DNA from: Rhizobiales bacterium 62-47
Lineage (GTDB): Bacteria > Pseudomonadota > Alphaproteobacteria > Rhizobiales > Xanthobacteraceae
DNA: 64,000 nt
Reading direction: 5' to 3'
Assembly (NCBI GenBank): GCA_001899255.1
Contig: MKVX01000023.1
Span: forward strand, 217,660-281,659
The position numbers were made by a program, and so were the translations under genes. Below the pieces are notes generated by a model. It was not told the origin of the DNA and did no database searches. It saw only the letters and a list, made by a program, of their open reading frames with translations. Positions 37,067 to 48,458 of the stretch are shown piece by piece (positions within the stretch are counted from its first letter, which is position 1; each line of letters starts with the position of its first letter).

Positions 37067-38881
37067 ATGCGCAAGCTGCTACTCACGGTCTCTGTTGGCG
37101 CGATGACAGCGTTGAGTGCAGTCGCTGCGAATGCCAGCGACGAACTCAACAAGATGTCGCAAAACCCTAAAGATTGGGTCATGCCGGCAGGCAACTACGC
37201 CAATCATCGCTACTCACAGCTCAAGCAGATCACGGCCGATAATGTCGGAAAGCTCCAGGTCGCGTGGACATTCTCCACCGGCGTTCTGCGCGGTCACGAA
37301 GGTGGGCCGCTGATCATCGGCAACATGATGTATGTGCACACGCCGTTTCCGAACATCGTGTACGCGCTTGACCTGTCCGCCGACAACAAGATCGTCTGGA
37401 AGTACGAACCAAAGCAGGACCCCAACGTCATTCCAGTGATGTGCTGCGATACGGTGAATCGTGGCGTCGCTTATGCGGACGGCATGATCTTCCTGCATCA
37501 GGCCGACACGACACTGGTCGCACTCGATGCCAAGACCGGTAAAGTCGCATGGACGGTGAAGAACGGCGATCCGTCGAAGGGCGGGACCGGCACATCGGCG
37601 CCGCTCGTCATCAAGGATAAGGTGTTGATCGGCATTTCCGGCGGCGAATTCGGCGTGCAATGCCATGTCACCGCCTATGACACCAAGACCGGCAAACAGG
37701 TCTGGCGCGCGTTCTCGGAAGGCCCGGACGATCAGGTCATGCTCGATCCGGTGAAGACGACCGAGCTCGGCAAACCTGTCGGCAAGGACTCCAGCATCAA
37801 GACATGGCAAGGCGACCAATGGAAGATTGGCGGCGGCTGTACATGGGGCTGGATGTCGTACGATCCGGAACTCAACCTCGTTTATTATGGCTCGGGCAAT
37901 CCTTCGACCTGGAATCCGAAGCAGCGCCCTGGCGATAACAAGTGGTCGATGACGATCTTCGCGCGTGACGCCGACACCGGCATGGCGCGCTGGGTCTATC
38001 AGATGACGCCGCACGATGAGTGGGACTACGATGGCGTCAACGAGATGATCCTCTCCGATCAGCAGGTGAACGGCCAGCCGCGCAAGCTGCTGACGCACTT
38101 CGACCGCAACGGCTTGGGCTACACCCTCGACCGCAGCACCGGCGAATTGCTGGTGGCCGAGAAGTACGACCCAAAGGTCAACTGGACCAGCGGCGTCGAT
38201 ATGAACAAGAGCTCGCCAACCTACGGCCGGCCGAAGGTGGTCGATCAATATTCGACCGACAAGCAGGGTGAAGATCACAACAACAAGGGGATCTGCCCCG
38301 CCGCGCTCGGCACCAAGGACCAGCAACCGGCAGCCTACTCACCGGACACCCAACTGTTCTACGTGCCGACCAACCACGTCTGCATGGATTACGAACCGTT
38401 CAAGGTGAGCTACACGGCTGGCCAGCCTTACGTCGGTGCAACGCTGTCCATGTATCCACCTCCGGGTGACGATCACATGGGTAACTTCATCGCCTGGGAT
38501 AACAAGACCGGCAAGATCGTCTGGTCCAACAAGGAGCAATTCTCTGTTTGGTCCGGAGCGCTCGCGACGGCAGGCGGCGTGGTTTTCTATGGAACGCTGG
38601 AGGGTTACCTGAAAGCGGTCGACGCCAAGACCGGCAAGGAGCTCTACAAGTTCAAGACACCGTCCGGCATCATCGGCAACGTCACCACCTATGAGCAGAA
38701 CGGCCGGCAATACATTGCCGTGCTGTCCGGCGTCGGCGGGTGGGCCGGTATCGGTCTTGCCGCGGGCCTGACCGACCCGACCGCAGGACTGGGAGCTGTG
38801 GGCGGCTACGCAGCGCTCAGCAACTACACGGCACTTGGTGGAACACTTACCGTGTTCGCCCTGCCGCAGGGTGCCAACTAA
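37067..38881 (+). CDS. xoxF: PQQ-dependent methanol/ethanol dehydrogenase, XoxF (lanthanide) type
   Basis: ATG at 37067 after GGTGGGAGGA. Signal peptide [29 protein letters not shown] propeller W-motifs, vicinal disulfide [11 protein letters not shown], and [11 protein letters not shown] carrying the D-Y-D triad (38024-38032). Confidence 0.92.
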   Translation: MRKLLLTVSVGAMTALSAVAANASDELNKMSQNPKDWVMPAGNYANHRYSQLKQITADNVGKLQVAWTFSTGVLRGHEGGPLIIGNMMYVHTPFPNIVYALDLSADNKIVWKYEPKQDPNVIPVMCCDTVNRGVAYADGMIFLHQADTTLVALDAKTGKVAWTVKNGDPSKGGTGTSAPLVIKDKVLIGISGGEFGVQCHVTAYDTKTGKQVWRAFSEGPDDQVMLDPVKTTELGKPVGKDSSIKTWQGDQWKIGGGCTWGWMSYDPELNLVYYGSGNPSTWNPKQRPGDNKWSMTIFARDADTGMARWVYQMTPHDEWDYDGVNEMILSDQQVNGQPRKLLTHFDRNGLGYTLDRSTGELLVAEKYDPKVNWTSGVDMNKSSPTYGRPKVVDQYSTDKQGEDHNNKGICPAALGTKDQQPAAYSPDTQLFYVPTNHVCMDYEPFKVSYTAGQPYVGATLSMYPPPGDDHMGNFIAWDNKTGKIVWSNKEQFSVWSGALATAGGVVFYGTLEGYLKAVDAKTGKELYKFKTPSGIIGNVTTYEQNGRQYIAVLSGVGGWAGIGLAAGLTDPTAGLGAVGGYAALSNYTALGGTLTVFALPQGAN

Positions 38882-38896
38882 GCATCGACTTGAGAT

Positions 38897-38921
38897 CGGC
38901 GCGCGGAACACCCGCGCGCCG
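38897..38921 (+). other. intercistronic GC-rich stem-loop between xoxF and xoxG
   Basis: Perfect 10-bp stem CGGCGCGCGG / CCGCGCGCCG with loop AACAC, 16 nt after the xoxF stop. No U-tract follows. Confidence 0.45.
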
Positions 38922-38964
38922 GCTCGGGACGCGAACGCCCACCCCGTCACGCAAACTCAAGGAC

Positions 38965-39486
38965 ATGCTTGTGCGCACCCAATTTGTAGTTGCTGCAATC
39001 GCCATCATGGCGTTCGGCAGGCTGGCTATCGCTGACGGAAGTGGAGATCCGACTGCCGTCAAATCCGAGGACGGCAAATACTTGGACAAGGACGGAAACC
39101 CAACCTTCAAAGTCGCCGCCGACGGAACGGTCGACTGGTACACTTACTCGGGATATCGCCGATATCATTCCGAATGCCATGTCTGCCATGGTCCCGATGG
39201 GATGGGCTCGACATACGCTCCAGCATTGAAGGATTCGCTGAAGACCATGAGCTACGCGGATTTCCTTAGTGTGGTCGCCAGCGGACGCAAAAACGTCAGC
39301 AGTTCGCAAGAGAACGTGATGCCTGCATTCGGCGACAATCCCAACGTCTCCTGTTACATGGATGACATCTACGTTTACCTTCGTGCGCGGGCCAATGACG
39401 CGGTCGCGCGCGTGAGGCCGGCCAAGCATGAGGACAAGTCCGACGCCGCGAAGAAGGCCGAAGATTCATGCATGGGAAAGAGCTGA
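38965..39486 (+). CDS. xoxG: c-type cytochrome, methanol-metabolism-related (XoxG/cytochrome cL-like)
   Basis: Signal peptide MLVRTQFVVAAIAIMAFGRLAIA, a single heme motif CHVCHG and additional conserved-looking Cys residues. The start may instead be GTG at 38971, which has better SD spacing. Confidence 0.8.
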   Translation: MLVRTQFVVAAIAIMAFGRLAIADGSGDPTAVKSEDGKYLDKDGNPTFKVAADGTVDWYTYSGYRRYHSECHVCHGPDGMGSTYAPALKDSLKTMSYADFLSVVASGRKNVSSSQENVMPAFGDNPNVSCYMDDIYVYLRARANDAVARVRPAKHEDKSDAAKKAEDSCMGKS

Positions 39487-39554
39487 AGCGCAGCAGTTCC
39501 GACGCCGACGCAATCCCTGAGCGCCCGCTTCGCGCGGCGACCAAGGAGATGGCA

Positions 39555-40442
39555 ATGACCTCCGTTCAAGCCCCTCGCAGCCTTGCCTTTGTCGCCCTTG
39601 GCACGGCATTGCTCGCGATGTCGTATCACACGGCCGCTCCGGCGCAGTCACCCGGCACGGGCGATCTGTCCATTGAACTGATCGATCCCGATGTGTTGCG
39701 AGTCTGCGCCGATCCGCGCAACCTGCCGTTTTCCAGTGAAGCTGGCGAAGGTTTCGAGAATAAGCTGGCCGAGTTCGTCGCCCAGAAACTCAACAAGAAA
39801 CTTGCCTACACCTTCTTTCCGCAGGCGACGGGCTTTGTCCGCATGACGCTCGGCTCTCATCGCTGCGATGTCATCATGGGGTTCCCACAAGGTGATGATC
39901 TGGCTCAGGGGACCAATCCCTATTACCGCACGGCCTATGCGCTGGTTGTCAAACCCGACGGCGGCCTTGGCGAAGTGACAACACTGGCCGATCAGCGTTT
40001 AAAGGACAAACGCATCGGCATCGTCGCCGGCACGCCGCCGGCAACGATCATGGCCCACAATGGCCTGATGGATAAGGCAAAGCCCTACCCATTGATGATC
40101 GATACGAGGGTGGATTCATCGGCAGCAGCAATGATCAAGGACTTGATGTCGGGTGAGATCGATGCCGGGGTCTTGTGGGGACCCATGGCTGGATATTACG
40201 CCAAACAGTCGAACCCGCCGCTCAAGGTTACGCCACTCGTTCACGAAAGCAGCGGTCCCCGGTTGATCTATCGGATCGGAATGGGCGTGAGGGTGGCCGA
40301 CCAGAACTGGAAGCGCCTGCTCAATCGCCTAATCCAGGACAACCAGCTGGCGATCAATAAAATTCTGCTGGGTTACGACGTGCCGCTGCTGGACGAAAAA
40401 AATCACATCATCACCGCGGAGACAGCCACGAAGCAGCCATGA
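39555..40442 (+). CDS. xoxJ: MoxJ/XoxJ-like periplasmic substrate-binding protein (quinoprotein dehydrogenase-associated)
   Basis: ATG at 39555 lies 6 nt after AAGGAG (an ATG at 39549 abuts the SD). Signal peptide ..LLAMSYHTAAPAQS and an SBP family-3-like fold (LRVCADPRNLPFS, YYRTAYALV). Confidence 0.8.
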   Translation: MTSVQAPRSLAFVALGTALLAMSYHTAAPAQSPGTGDLSIELIDPDVLRVCADPRNLPFSSEAGEGFENKLAEFVAQKLNKKLAYTFFPQATGFVRMTLGSHRCDVIMGFPQGDDLAQGTNPYYRTAYALVVKPDGGLGEVTTLADQRLKDKRIGIVAGTPPATIMAHNGLMDKAKPYPLMIDTRVDSSAAAMIKDLMSGEIDAGVLWGPMAGYYAKQSNPPLKVTPLVHESSGPRLIYRIGMGVRVADQNWKRLLNRLIQDNQLAINKILLGYDVPLLDEKNHIITAETATKQP

Positions 40443-40984
40443 TCCGGAAAATCGCCATCTCGGTCCTCGCGACGTTATCGCTTGTTGCGATAGCCTTGGC
40501 GGCGGACGTGCCTGAGCCGGATGGCTATCGGACAGATCAATATCGCGCACCTGTTCCGGCGACGTTGCAGGGCGCGCGCGTTCTAACGACCAGCGACGCT
40601 GAAGCCATCTGGCGCGCACGGTCCGCGGTATTTGTCGATGTCTTGCCGCACATACCAAAGCCACCGAACCTGCCTGCCAACACCGTCTGGCGCGACAGGC
40701 CTCATCGCAATATCCCCGGCAGCCTCTGGCTGCCGGATACCGGATACGGCGCGCTTGCAGCGGCCACCGAGACATACTTCCGCAACGGATTGTCTCGCGC
40801 GACGCATGACGACCTGGCAAAGCAACTGGTGATCTATTGTCAGGCCAATTGCTGGATGTCATGGAACGCCGCCAAGCGCGCGATGACCCTCGGCTATCGG
40901 AATGTGGCCTGGTTTCCGGACGGCACGGACGGATGGGAGCAGGCAAACTTGCCGTTAGAAGACGCGCAGCCGGCGCCGCCCTAG
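40439..40984 (+). CDS. PQQ-dependent catabolism-associated CXXCW-motif (rhodanese-like) protein
   Basis: The start overlaps the xoxJ stop as ATGA (40439-40442). Signal peptide MIRKIAISVLATLSLVAIALA. Diagnostic motif IYCQANCWMSW. Confidence 0.75.
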   Translation: MIRKIAISVLATLSLVAIALAADVPEPDGYRTDQYRAPVPATLQGARVLTTSDAEAIWRARSAVFVDVLPHIPKPPNLPANTVWRDRPHRNIPGSLWLPDTGYGALAAATETYFRNGLSRATHDDLAKQLVIYCQANCWMSWNAAKRAMTLGYRNVAWFPDGTDGWEQANLPLEDAQPAPP

Positions 40985-41006
40985 CTCATCCGATACTTTC
41001 GGTCGC

Positions 41007-41633
41007 TCATTCGTCAATGCTTTGCTGAATGATGCGGCCGAGCGCGAAGAGGCGCTGATCGATTGCCGTCGGCACTTCGCAGACAAATTGAATGATCTTG
41101 TTACGATCTTCGAAAATGCGTGTTTGCCAAGTCAGCTGATTGGCCAGTTCTTCCAGCTTGGCCGGGTCGGATGTCGTCGCGTCCTGCATGCCGTGAAGTT
41201 TGACCGTGTCCGCGCGAATGCGTTCCGCCGCCGCACGTTGCTTGCGGGTAATCCGCTCGATGCCGGTCATCACCGACGAGCGCTGCGCGTTCAGTGTCTC
41301 GAAAACTCCGGCAAAAAGCAGCTTCCCGTTCTCCGATTTGTTTGCTGGATCGGCTGAGAGAAACGACACGACCTGCTTTTCGGCTTTATCCAGCGGCGTC
41401 CGCCGCGCACTCAGGCGCGCGACCAATGCAGCGATCTCAGGCTTGCCTTTCCAGACATCGGCGACGTCGTCGAGCGGCGGGCCAGCCCACACCGCAGCCA
41501 GCGAGATATCCGGCACCTTGGCTTGTGCGCACGGCCAATCGGGATAGCGCGGGTCGGCCGCGTGCGCCGATGCAGCCAAACCAGCGAGGAAGATTCCCGC
41601 GATCACCAAGCGCAATTGGCTCGACTGTGTCAT
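41007..41633 (-). CDS. secreted hypothetical protein (no family recognised)
   Basis: 208 aa. ATG at 41633 after GAGG with 7-nt spacing. Signal peptide ..AGLAASAHA, then a largely helical, charged mature part with two Cys (DWPCAQ, FVCEVP). It lies 51 nt downstream of the beta-propeller gene on the same strand. Confidence 0.6.
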   Translation of the reverse strand: MTQSSQLRLVIAGIFLAGLAASAHAADPRYPDWPCAQAKVPDISLAAVWAGPPLDDVADVWKGKPEIAALVARLSARRTPLDKAEKQVVSFLSADPANKSENGKLLFAGVFETLNAQRSSVMTGIERITRKQRAAAERIRADTVKLHGMQDATTSDPAKLEELANQLTWQTRIFEDRNKIIQFVCEVPTAIDQRLFALGRIIQQSIDE

Positions 41634-41684
41634 GCCATGCCTCGTCGTTTCGATGGCGTACGCTGACCCGCCAGGAACCGCAAT

Positions 41685-42656
41685 TCACTGCGGTGAAATC
41701 GCCACGCCCCAAGGCAGTTCCCCGACCTGAACAGATTTGATCACCTTGAGCGCCGCGACATCGATAACCGAAACGTCGTTGGTCAGACCGTTGGTCGTCA
41801 GCAAATACTTTCCATCCGGTGTGAAAGCCATGTGCCAGACGCGCTGACCGACCAACAGATATTTGACGACCTGATGGCTCTTGCCGTCGATCACCGCGAC
41901 GCGATTGGCCGGGCCAAGTGCAACGAAAGCCGTCTTGCCATCGGACGTGATGCTAATTCCGACCGGCTGGATCGCTTCGCTGCGCAGACCGGGAATATTG
42001 AACTTTATCTTGTCGATAATTGTGCGGGTCGCAGGATCGATGACGGATACTGTCCCGCCGATCTCCGACGAGACCCACAGTTCCGAATTGTCGCGCTTGA
42101 ATTCAGCGAAACGCGGCCGCGCATCGACCAGAACATTGGCAACGATCTGGCGCGTCGTCGTGTCGATGAAGTGCGCCATATTGGTGGTTTCGGACGTGTT
42201 GATCAGGATCTTGCCGTCCGGGCTGATGGCCATGCCCTCCGGTTCGACACCGACCTGGACATCGCCCAACAATGTACGCTTCTCGAGATCGACAAGGGTG
42301 ACGGTGTTGTCGTTCTCGTTGGCGATATAGAGGATCTTGCCGGCAGCATCCTGCACGAAGAATTCGGGGTCCGCGCCGGACGGCAATGTATCGACAATTT
42401 TCTCCGATGCCGTATCGATCATTTGAATGGTATCGTCATCGCCAACGGCAACCAGCACGAATTTGCCGTCCTTGGTCAATTCGATGCCGCGCGGCCGCTG
42501 GCCGACCTTGATGGTATTCGTCACCGTCCATGATGTCGTGTCGATCACCGAAACCGTATTGGCCTTTTCGTTGGAAATATAAGCCTTTCCCGCGCAAGCT
42601 GGCGCGGCGAAGGCAAGCCAGACGGCCGAGCCAACCATGAGACCGCACCGCAGCAT
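41685..42656 (-). CDS. PQQ-dependent catabolism-associated beta-propeller (YVTN-repeat) protein
   Basis: ATG at 42656 after GGAGAG. Signal peptide MLRCGLMVGSAVWLAFAAPACA. Repeated units of the type AYISNEKANTVSVIDT, LYIANENDNTVTLVDL, LWVSSEIGGTVSVIDP, LLTTNGLTNDVSVIDV. Confidence 0.8.
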   Translation of the reverse strand: MLRCGLMVGSAVWLAFAAPACAGKAYISNEKANTVSVIDTTSWTVTNTIKVGQRPRGIELTKDGKFVLVAVGDDDTIQMIDTASEKIVDTLPSGADPEFFVQDAAGKILYIANENDNTVTLVDLEKRTLLGDVQVGVEPEGMAISPDGKILINTSETTNMAHFIDTTTRQIVANVLVDARPRFAEFKRDNSELWVSSEIGGTVSVIDPATRTIIDKIKFNIPGLRSEAIQPVGISITSDGKTAFVALGPANRVAVIDGKSHQVVKYLLVGQRVWHMAFTPDGKYLLTTNGLTNDVSVIDVAALKVIKSVQVGELPWGVAISPQ

Positions 42657-42908
42657 GACAGATCTCTCCGTTTTGTCAGAACCAATGTTCACAACAACCG
42701 TGGCAAGATCGCAGCCAGCACGTCGCATCGCGAAATTCTCTGCCGGACATGTCGCCGGCGTCGCGATGGATCATTAGCGCATTCCGGCCCGCGCAGATCA
42801 AGGCTCCAGTCAAGCAAGGGCCAGGGCAGATAAAGGCAACAGACATCGAAACAAGGCTGCCCGCCATGCGTTATGCTCGACCTACCCTGTCCAATTGCCG
42901 TGATCGTC

Positions 42909-43442
42909 ATGGGACTGAAAATCACACCTCCCTTGCGCGCCGCAGTATTGGTCGCAATGTTATCGATCCTGACATCCGGCTCTCTGAAGGCGGCGCCTGC
43001 TGCGCACTTGAAAGCCGCGGTCTTCGATCTCGAGTTTATCGACAACAGTCTGGACGGCGAGAAGTACGGCACGCGACCGGATGAGCTCCGCCGTCTTGTA
43101 GATGCCGGCAATCAATTACGTACGGGTCTGGCCGACACATTCGACCTCGTCGACATCGCGCCGGTGCGAAGCAAAGCTCAACAGAGCCACCTTCAAGCCT
43201 GCGGCGGGTGCGACGTGCAATTCGCCCATGAGCTAGGAGCCGACCTGGCCATTACCGGCGTGGTTCAGAAGACTTCGAATCTCATTCTCTCGATCAGCAT
43301 TTTCGTGCGCGATGCCAACACTGGAAAGCTGATAAAGAATGTGAGCGCCGATATGCGCGGCAACACGAACGAATCCTGGTCGCGCGCAATGTCGTATCTG
43401 CTGCGCAACCGCCTCACCTCGGATAACGGGAACCGACAATAG
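42909..43442 (+). CDS. secreted hypothetical protein (possibly DUF3280-type; assignment from memory only)
   Basis: Signal peptide MGLKITPPLRAAVLVAMLSILTSGSLKA, using ATG 42909 (an upstream ATG lies at 42873). CGGC motif (LQACGGCDVQ). Confidence 0.5.
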   Translation: MGLKITPPLRAAVLVAMLSILTSGSLKAAPAAHLKAAVFDLEFIDNSLDGEKYGTRPDELRRLVDAGNQLRTGLADTFDLVDIAPVRSKAQQSHLQACGGCDVQFAHELGADLAITGVVQKTSNLILSISIFVRDANTGKLIKNVSADMRGNTNESWSRAMSYLLRNRLTSDNGNRQ

Positions 43443-43466
43443 CGCAGTACATGCTGCGCTATGCCG

Positions 43467-44318
43467 TCAGGTGGATTGCAGGCGCGCGGCGTGCCAGCGC
43501 AAATGATCGTCCATGAACGTCGATATGAAGTAGTAGCTGTGATCGTAGCCCGGCTGCCGCCGCAGCGTCAGCGGAATCGCGGCGTCGGAACAGGCCTGCG
43601 CCAACAGCTCGGGGCGCAACTGTTCCTTCAGGAACGGATCGGCATCGCCGTAATCGACCAAAAGGTCGGGAAAACGTGCACCGTCTTCGATCAAAGCGAC
43701 AGCGTCATGTTTGCGCCAGGCATCACGATTGTCACCGAGGTAACCGCCCAGCGCCTTGATGCCCCACGGGACCTGCGACGGCGCAACGATCGGCGCGAAA
43801 GCGCTGGCCGCGCGATAGGCTTGCGGACGGCGCAGCGCAATCGTCAGTGCACCATGCCCGCCCATCGAATGCCCGAGGATCGATTGGCGCGACATATCGG
43901 CCGGAAAGTGCTCGGCAAGCAGCTCGGGCAATTCTTCGGTAACATAACTCCACATCCGATAGTTGCGCGCGAACGGTTGCTGCGTGGCATCGACGTAGAA
44001 GCCTGCCCCCAAACCAAAATCATAAGCCTTTGCCGGATCGCCCGGCACATCGCTGCCGCGCGGACTGGTGTCGGGCGCCACGAAGATCAGGCCGAGCTCG
44101 GCGCACGCGCGGCGGAACTCTCCCTTTTCGGTGACATTGGCATGCGTACAGGTCAGGCCCGACAGATACCACACCACCGGAAGCTTGCCGCCGCGTTCAG
44201 CGCCGGGCGGCAGGTAAACCGAGAAAACCATATCGGTTCCGGTTTCTCGGCTCGCGTGTCTGTAAACACCTTGAACGCCACCATAGGATTGGTTGGTGGA
44301 GACGGTTTCGATTGTCAC
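43467..44318 (-). CDS. fghA: S-formylglutathione hydrolase (esterase D family)
   Basis: 283 aa with a GTG start. Contains VFSVYLPP, WYLSGLTCT, the nucleophile elbow GHSMGGHGAL and the C-terminal GYDHSYYFI. Confidence 0.9.
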   Translation of the reverse strand: MTIETVSTNQSYGGVQGVYRHASRETGTDMVFSVYLPPGAERGGKLPVVWYLSGLTCTHANVTEKGEFRRACAELGLIFVAPDTSPRGSDVPGDPAKAYDFGLGAGFYVDATQQPFARNYRMWSYVTEELPELLAEHFPADMSRQSILGHSMGGHGALTIALRRPQAYRAASAFAPIVAPSQVPWGIKALGGYLGDNRDAWRKHDAVALIEDGARFPDLLVDYGDADPFLKEQLRPELLAQACSDAAIPLTLRRQPGYDHSYYFISTFMDDHLRWHAARLQST

Positions 44319-44415
44319 GATGCATCACTCCGGCAAATGGCCGGCGCACGGATAGAACACAACGCGGTTGGCGGCAACCCGGCGACGGAGACATATCCGC
44401 CGCCGATTTACGCAA

Positions 44416-44979
44416 TCAAGCGGCCTTGGATTTGGCGACGTGCGTCGAAATAGCGTCCATCAACGCTGGCGACAGGCAATCATAGGGTTCGAGCCCGAGC
44501 TCCTTGAGCCGCGACCGAATGCCGCTCATCTCGGCCGGATTGACGCCGGACTCGATCACCGAAGAAACGAAAGCCGCAAATCCCGGCGCAGCAGACCCGC
44601 TCTCGACGAACAATTCCGGATGAATGAAATCCAGACCGTAGAACGGATGCGCCTTGTTCTCGATGCGGCCATACATATGCGTGCCGCAAACACTGCAAGC
44701 ATGCCGCTGGATCGTCGCGGATGCATCGACGACCTTCAGCTTGTCGCCGTTCTCGAGCACGGTCACGTTCTCACGCGGAACGACCGCAACGACGGAGAAG
44801 ATGGCGCCCTCCGGCTTCCAGCATTTGGTGCAGCCACACGCATGATTGTGCGCCACATCACCCTTGATGCCGATCTTGACCGGCTTGTCCTTGCATTTGC
44901 AAACCAGGGTTCCGCCCGTAAAACCGCCCGAGCCTTTCTTGACTCCGCCATCAACCGACGGATGGATTTGAACAGCCAT
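44416..44979 (-). CDS. gfa: S-(hydroxymethyl)glutathione synthase (glutathione-dependent formaldehyde-activating enzyme)
   Basis: 187 aa. ATG after AGGAGG. Zn-Cys pattern [32 protein letters not shown], typical of Gfa. Confidence 0.9.
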   Translation of the reverse strand: MAVQIHPSVDGGVKKGSGGFTGGTLVCKCKDKPVKIGIKGDVAHNHACGCTKCWKPEGAIFSVVAVVPRENVTVLENGDKLKVVDASATIQRHACSVCGTHMYGRIENKAHPFYGLDFIHPELFVESGSAAPGFAAFVSSVIESGVNPAEMSGIRSRLKELGLEPYDCLSPALMDAISTHVAKSKAA

Positions 44980-45012
44980 GGGACCAATCCTCCTTTAGAT
45001 TTATTGTTGCTG

Positions 45013-46122
45013 TCAGAACACGACGACCGAACGGATCGACTTTCCTTCGTGCATTAAATCAAAGCCCTTGTTGACCTCCTCCAGTTTCAGGACATGGGTA
45101 ATCATAGGGTCGATCTGGATTTTGCCGTTCATGTACCAATCGACGATCTTGGGCACATCGGTGCGCCCGCGCGCACCGCCAAACGCCGTTCCCTTCCAGA
45201 CCCGCCCGGTGACGAGCTGGAATGGCCGCGTGGCAATTTCCTTGCCGGCTTCCGCCACGCCGATGATGACGGAAGTTCCCCAGCCACGATGGCAGGCTTC
45301 GAGTGCCTGGCGCATGACATTGGTGTTGCCGGTACAATCGAAGGTGTAGTCGGCGCCGCCGTCGGTCAACGTCACAAGATGCTGAACTATATCGCCTTGA
45401 ACCTTTGAAGGATTGACGAAGTGGGTCATGCCAAAGCGGCGCCCCCACTCTTCCTTGCCGTCGTTGAGATCGACGCCGATGATCTTGTCGGCACCAACCA
45501 TCCTGGCGCCCTGGATCACATTGAGACCGATACCTCCGAGCCCGAACACGACGACGTTGGCGCCCGGCGTGACTTTGGCGGTATTGATCACCGCGCCAAC
45601 ACCCGTGGTAACACCGCAGCCGATGTAACAACTCTTGTCGAACGGCGCATCTTCACGGATCTTCGCGACGGCGATCTCGGGCAACACCGTGAAATTGGAG
45701 AACGTCGAACACCCCATGTAATGATAGATCGTCTTGCCTTTGTAACTGAATCTCGACGTACCATCGGGCATGACGCCCTTACCTTGCGTGGCGCGGATAG
45801 CGGTACACAAATTGGTCTTGCCGGACAGACACGATTTGCACTGGCGACATTCCGGCGTGTAAAGCGGGATGGCGTGATCGCCGGGCTTCACCGACGTCAC
45901 ACCGGAACCGACTTCGCGCACAATGCCCGCTCCCTCGTGACCGAGGATCGACGGGAAAATTCCCTCGCTATCGAAGCCATCCAGCGTATACGCATCTGTG
46001 TGACAGATTCCGGTGGCCTTGATTTCAACCAGCACTTCACCGGCCTTGGGGCCATCGAGGTCGAGCTCCACAATTTCAAGTGGCTTTTTGGCTTCGAATG
46101 CAACAGCAGCACGCGTCTTCAT
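45013..46122 (-). CDS. flhA: S-(hydroxymethyl)glutathione dehydrogenase / class III alcohol dehydrogenase
   Basis: 369 aa. Contains [36 protein letters not shown], the structural Zn cluster [15 protein letters not shown], and VFGLGGIGL. Confidence 0.92.
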   Translation of the reverse strand: MKTRAAVAFEAKKPLEIVELDLDGPKAGEVLVEIKATGICHTDAYTLDGFDSEGIFPSILGHEGAGIVREVGSGVTSVKPGDHAIPLYTPECRQCKSCLSGKTNLCTAIRATQGKGVMPDGTSRFSYKGKTIYHYMGCSTFSNFTVLPEIAVAKIREDAPFDKSCYIGCGVTTGVGAVINTAKVTPGANVVVFGLGGIGLNVIQGARMVGADKIIGVDLNDGKEEWGRRFGMTHFVNPSKVQGDIVQHLVTLTDGGADYTFDCTGNTNVMRQALEACHRGWGTSVIIGVAEAGKEIATRPFQLVTGRVWKGTAFGGARGRTDVPKIVDWYMNGKIQIDPMITHVLKLEEVNKGFDLMHEGKSIRSVVVF

Positions 46123-46532
46123 GTCTGCTTCCTCCGAAAGCGCACCGTTGTTCGGCGCGTGGATTAATCAGAAATCTCGGACCTATCGCGCGTTAGAGTC
46201 GATGCTTCGCAATTGAAGTAACATTGGTGTTCGCGGACCGTGGGGAACCGCGCACTCTGCGAAATTGTTTCTCGGACTCAAAAGTCGCCTGGCGAAATCG
46301 TGGCAGGTGAATTCGTCACCGCCTCTGGGTCGGCAATATCCCGAACCGTCGATTGCATTCTTCCCGGACAGCTCACCATTGCACGCCGCAGCCACACGTC
46401 AAGCGGAGGATCGGGAAATTCTTGGGTTCCCTGCCCGTCGCGACGCGCCCCCGATCTGGAATCGCCCGCACATTGGCGCAGCGCAACAACGCGGCGTAGA
46501 TCAACACCGCCATACCTGTCGGAGAATATCGC

Positions 46533-46560
46533 AAAAAAGGGCCGGGATCGCTCCCGGCCC
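46533..46560 (-). terminator. rho-independent terminator after the glycerol ABC binding-protein gene
   Basis: On the minus strand: GGGCCGGGA-GCGA-TCCCGGCCC followed by UUUUUUGC, about 30 nt after the stop at 46591. Confidence 0.7.
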
Positions 46561-46590
46561 TGATCTTCCAACGACCCCGCGCCTTCGCGC

Positions 46591-48387
<1,797 letters not shown>

Positions 48388-48458
48388 TTGATTCCTCCGT
48401 TGCAGCAATTGAACCTGCTCAGGTCCAGGTTTGTCCTGGATCCGCGCTTTTCGCTCGT

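Noticed and set aside
37214-38326. 370-aa minus-strand ORF inside xoxF
   Set aside because: Antisense to a gene with unambiguous PQQ-dehydrogenase motifs, and it has no motifs of its own.
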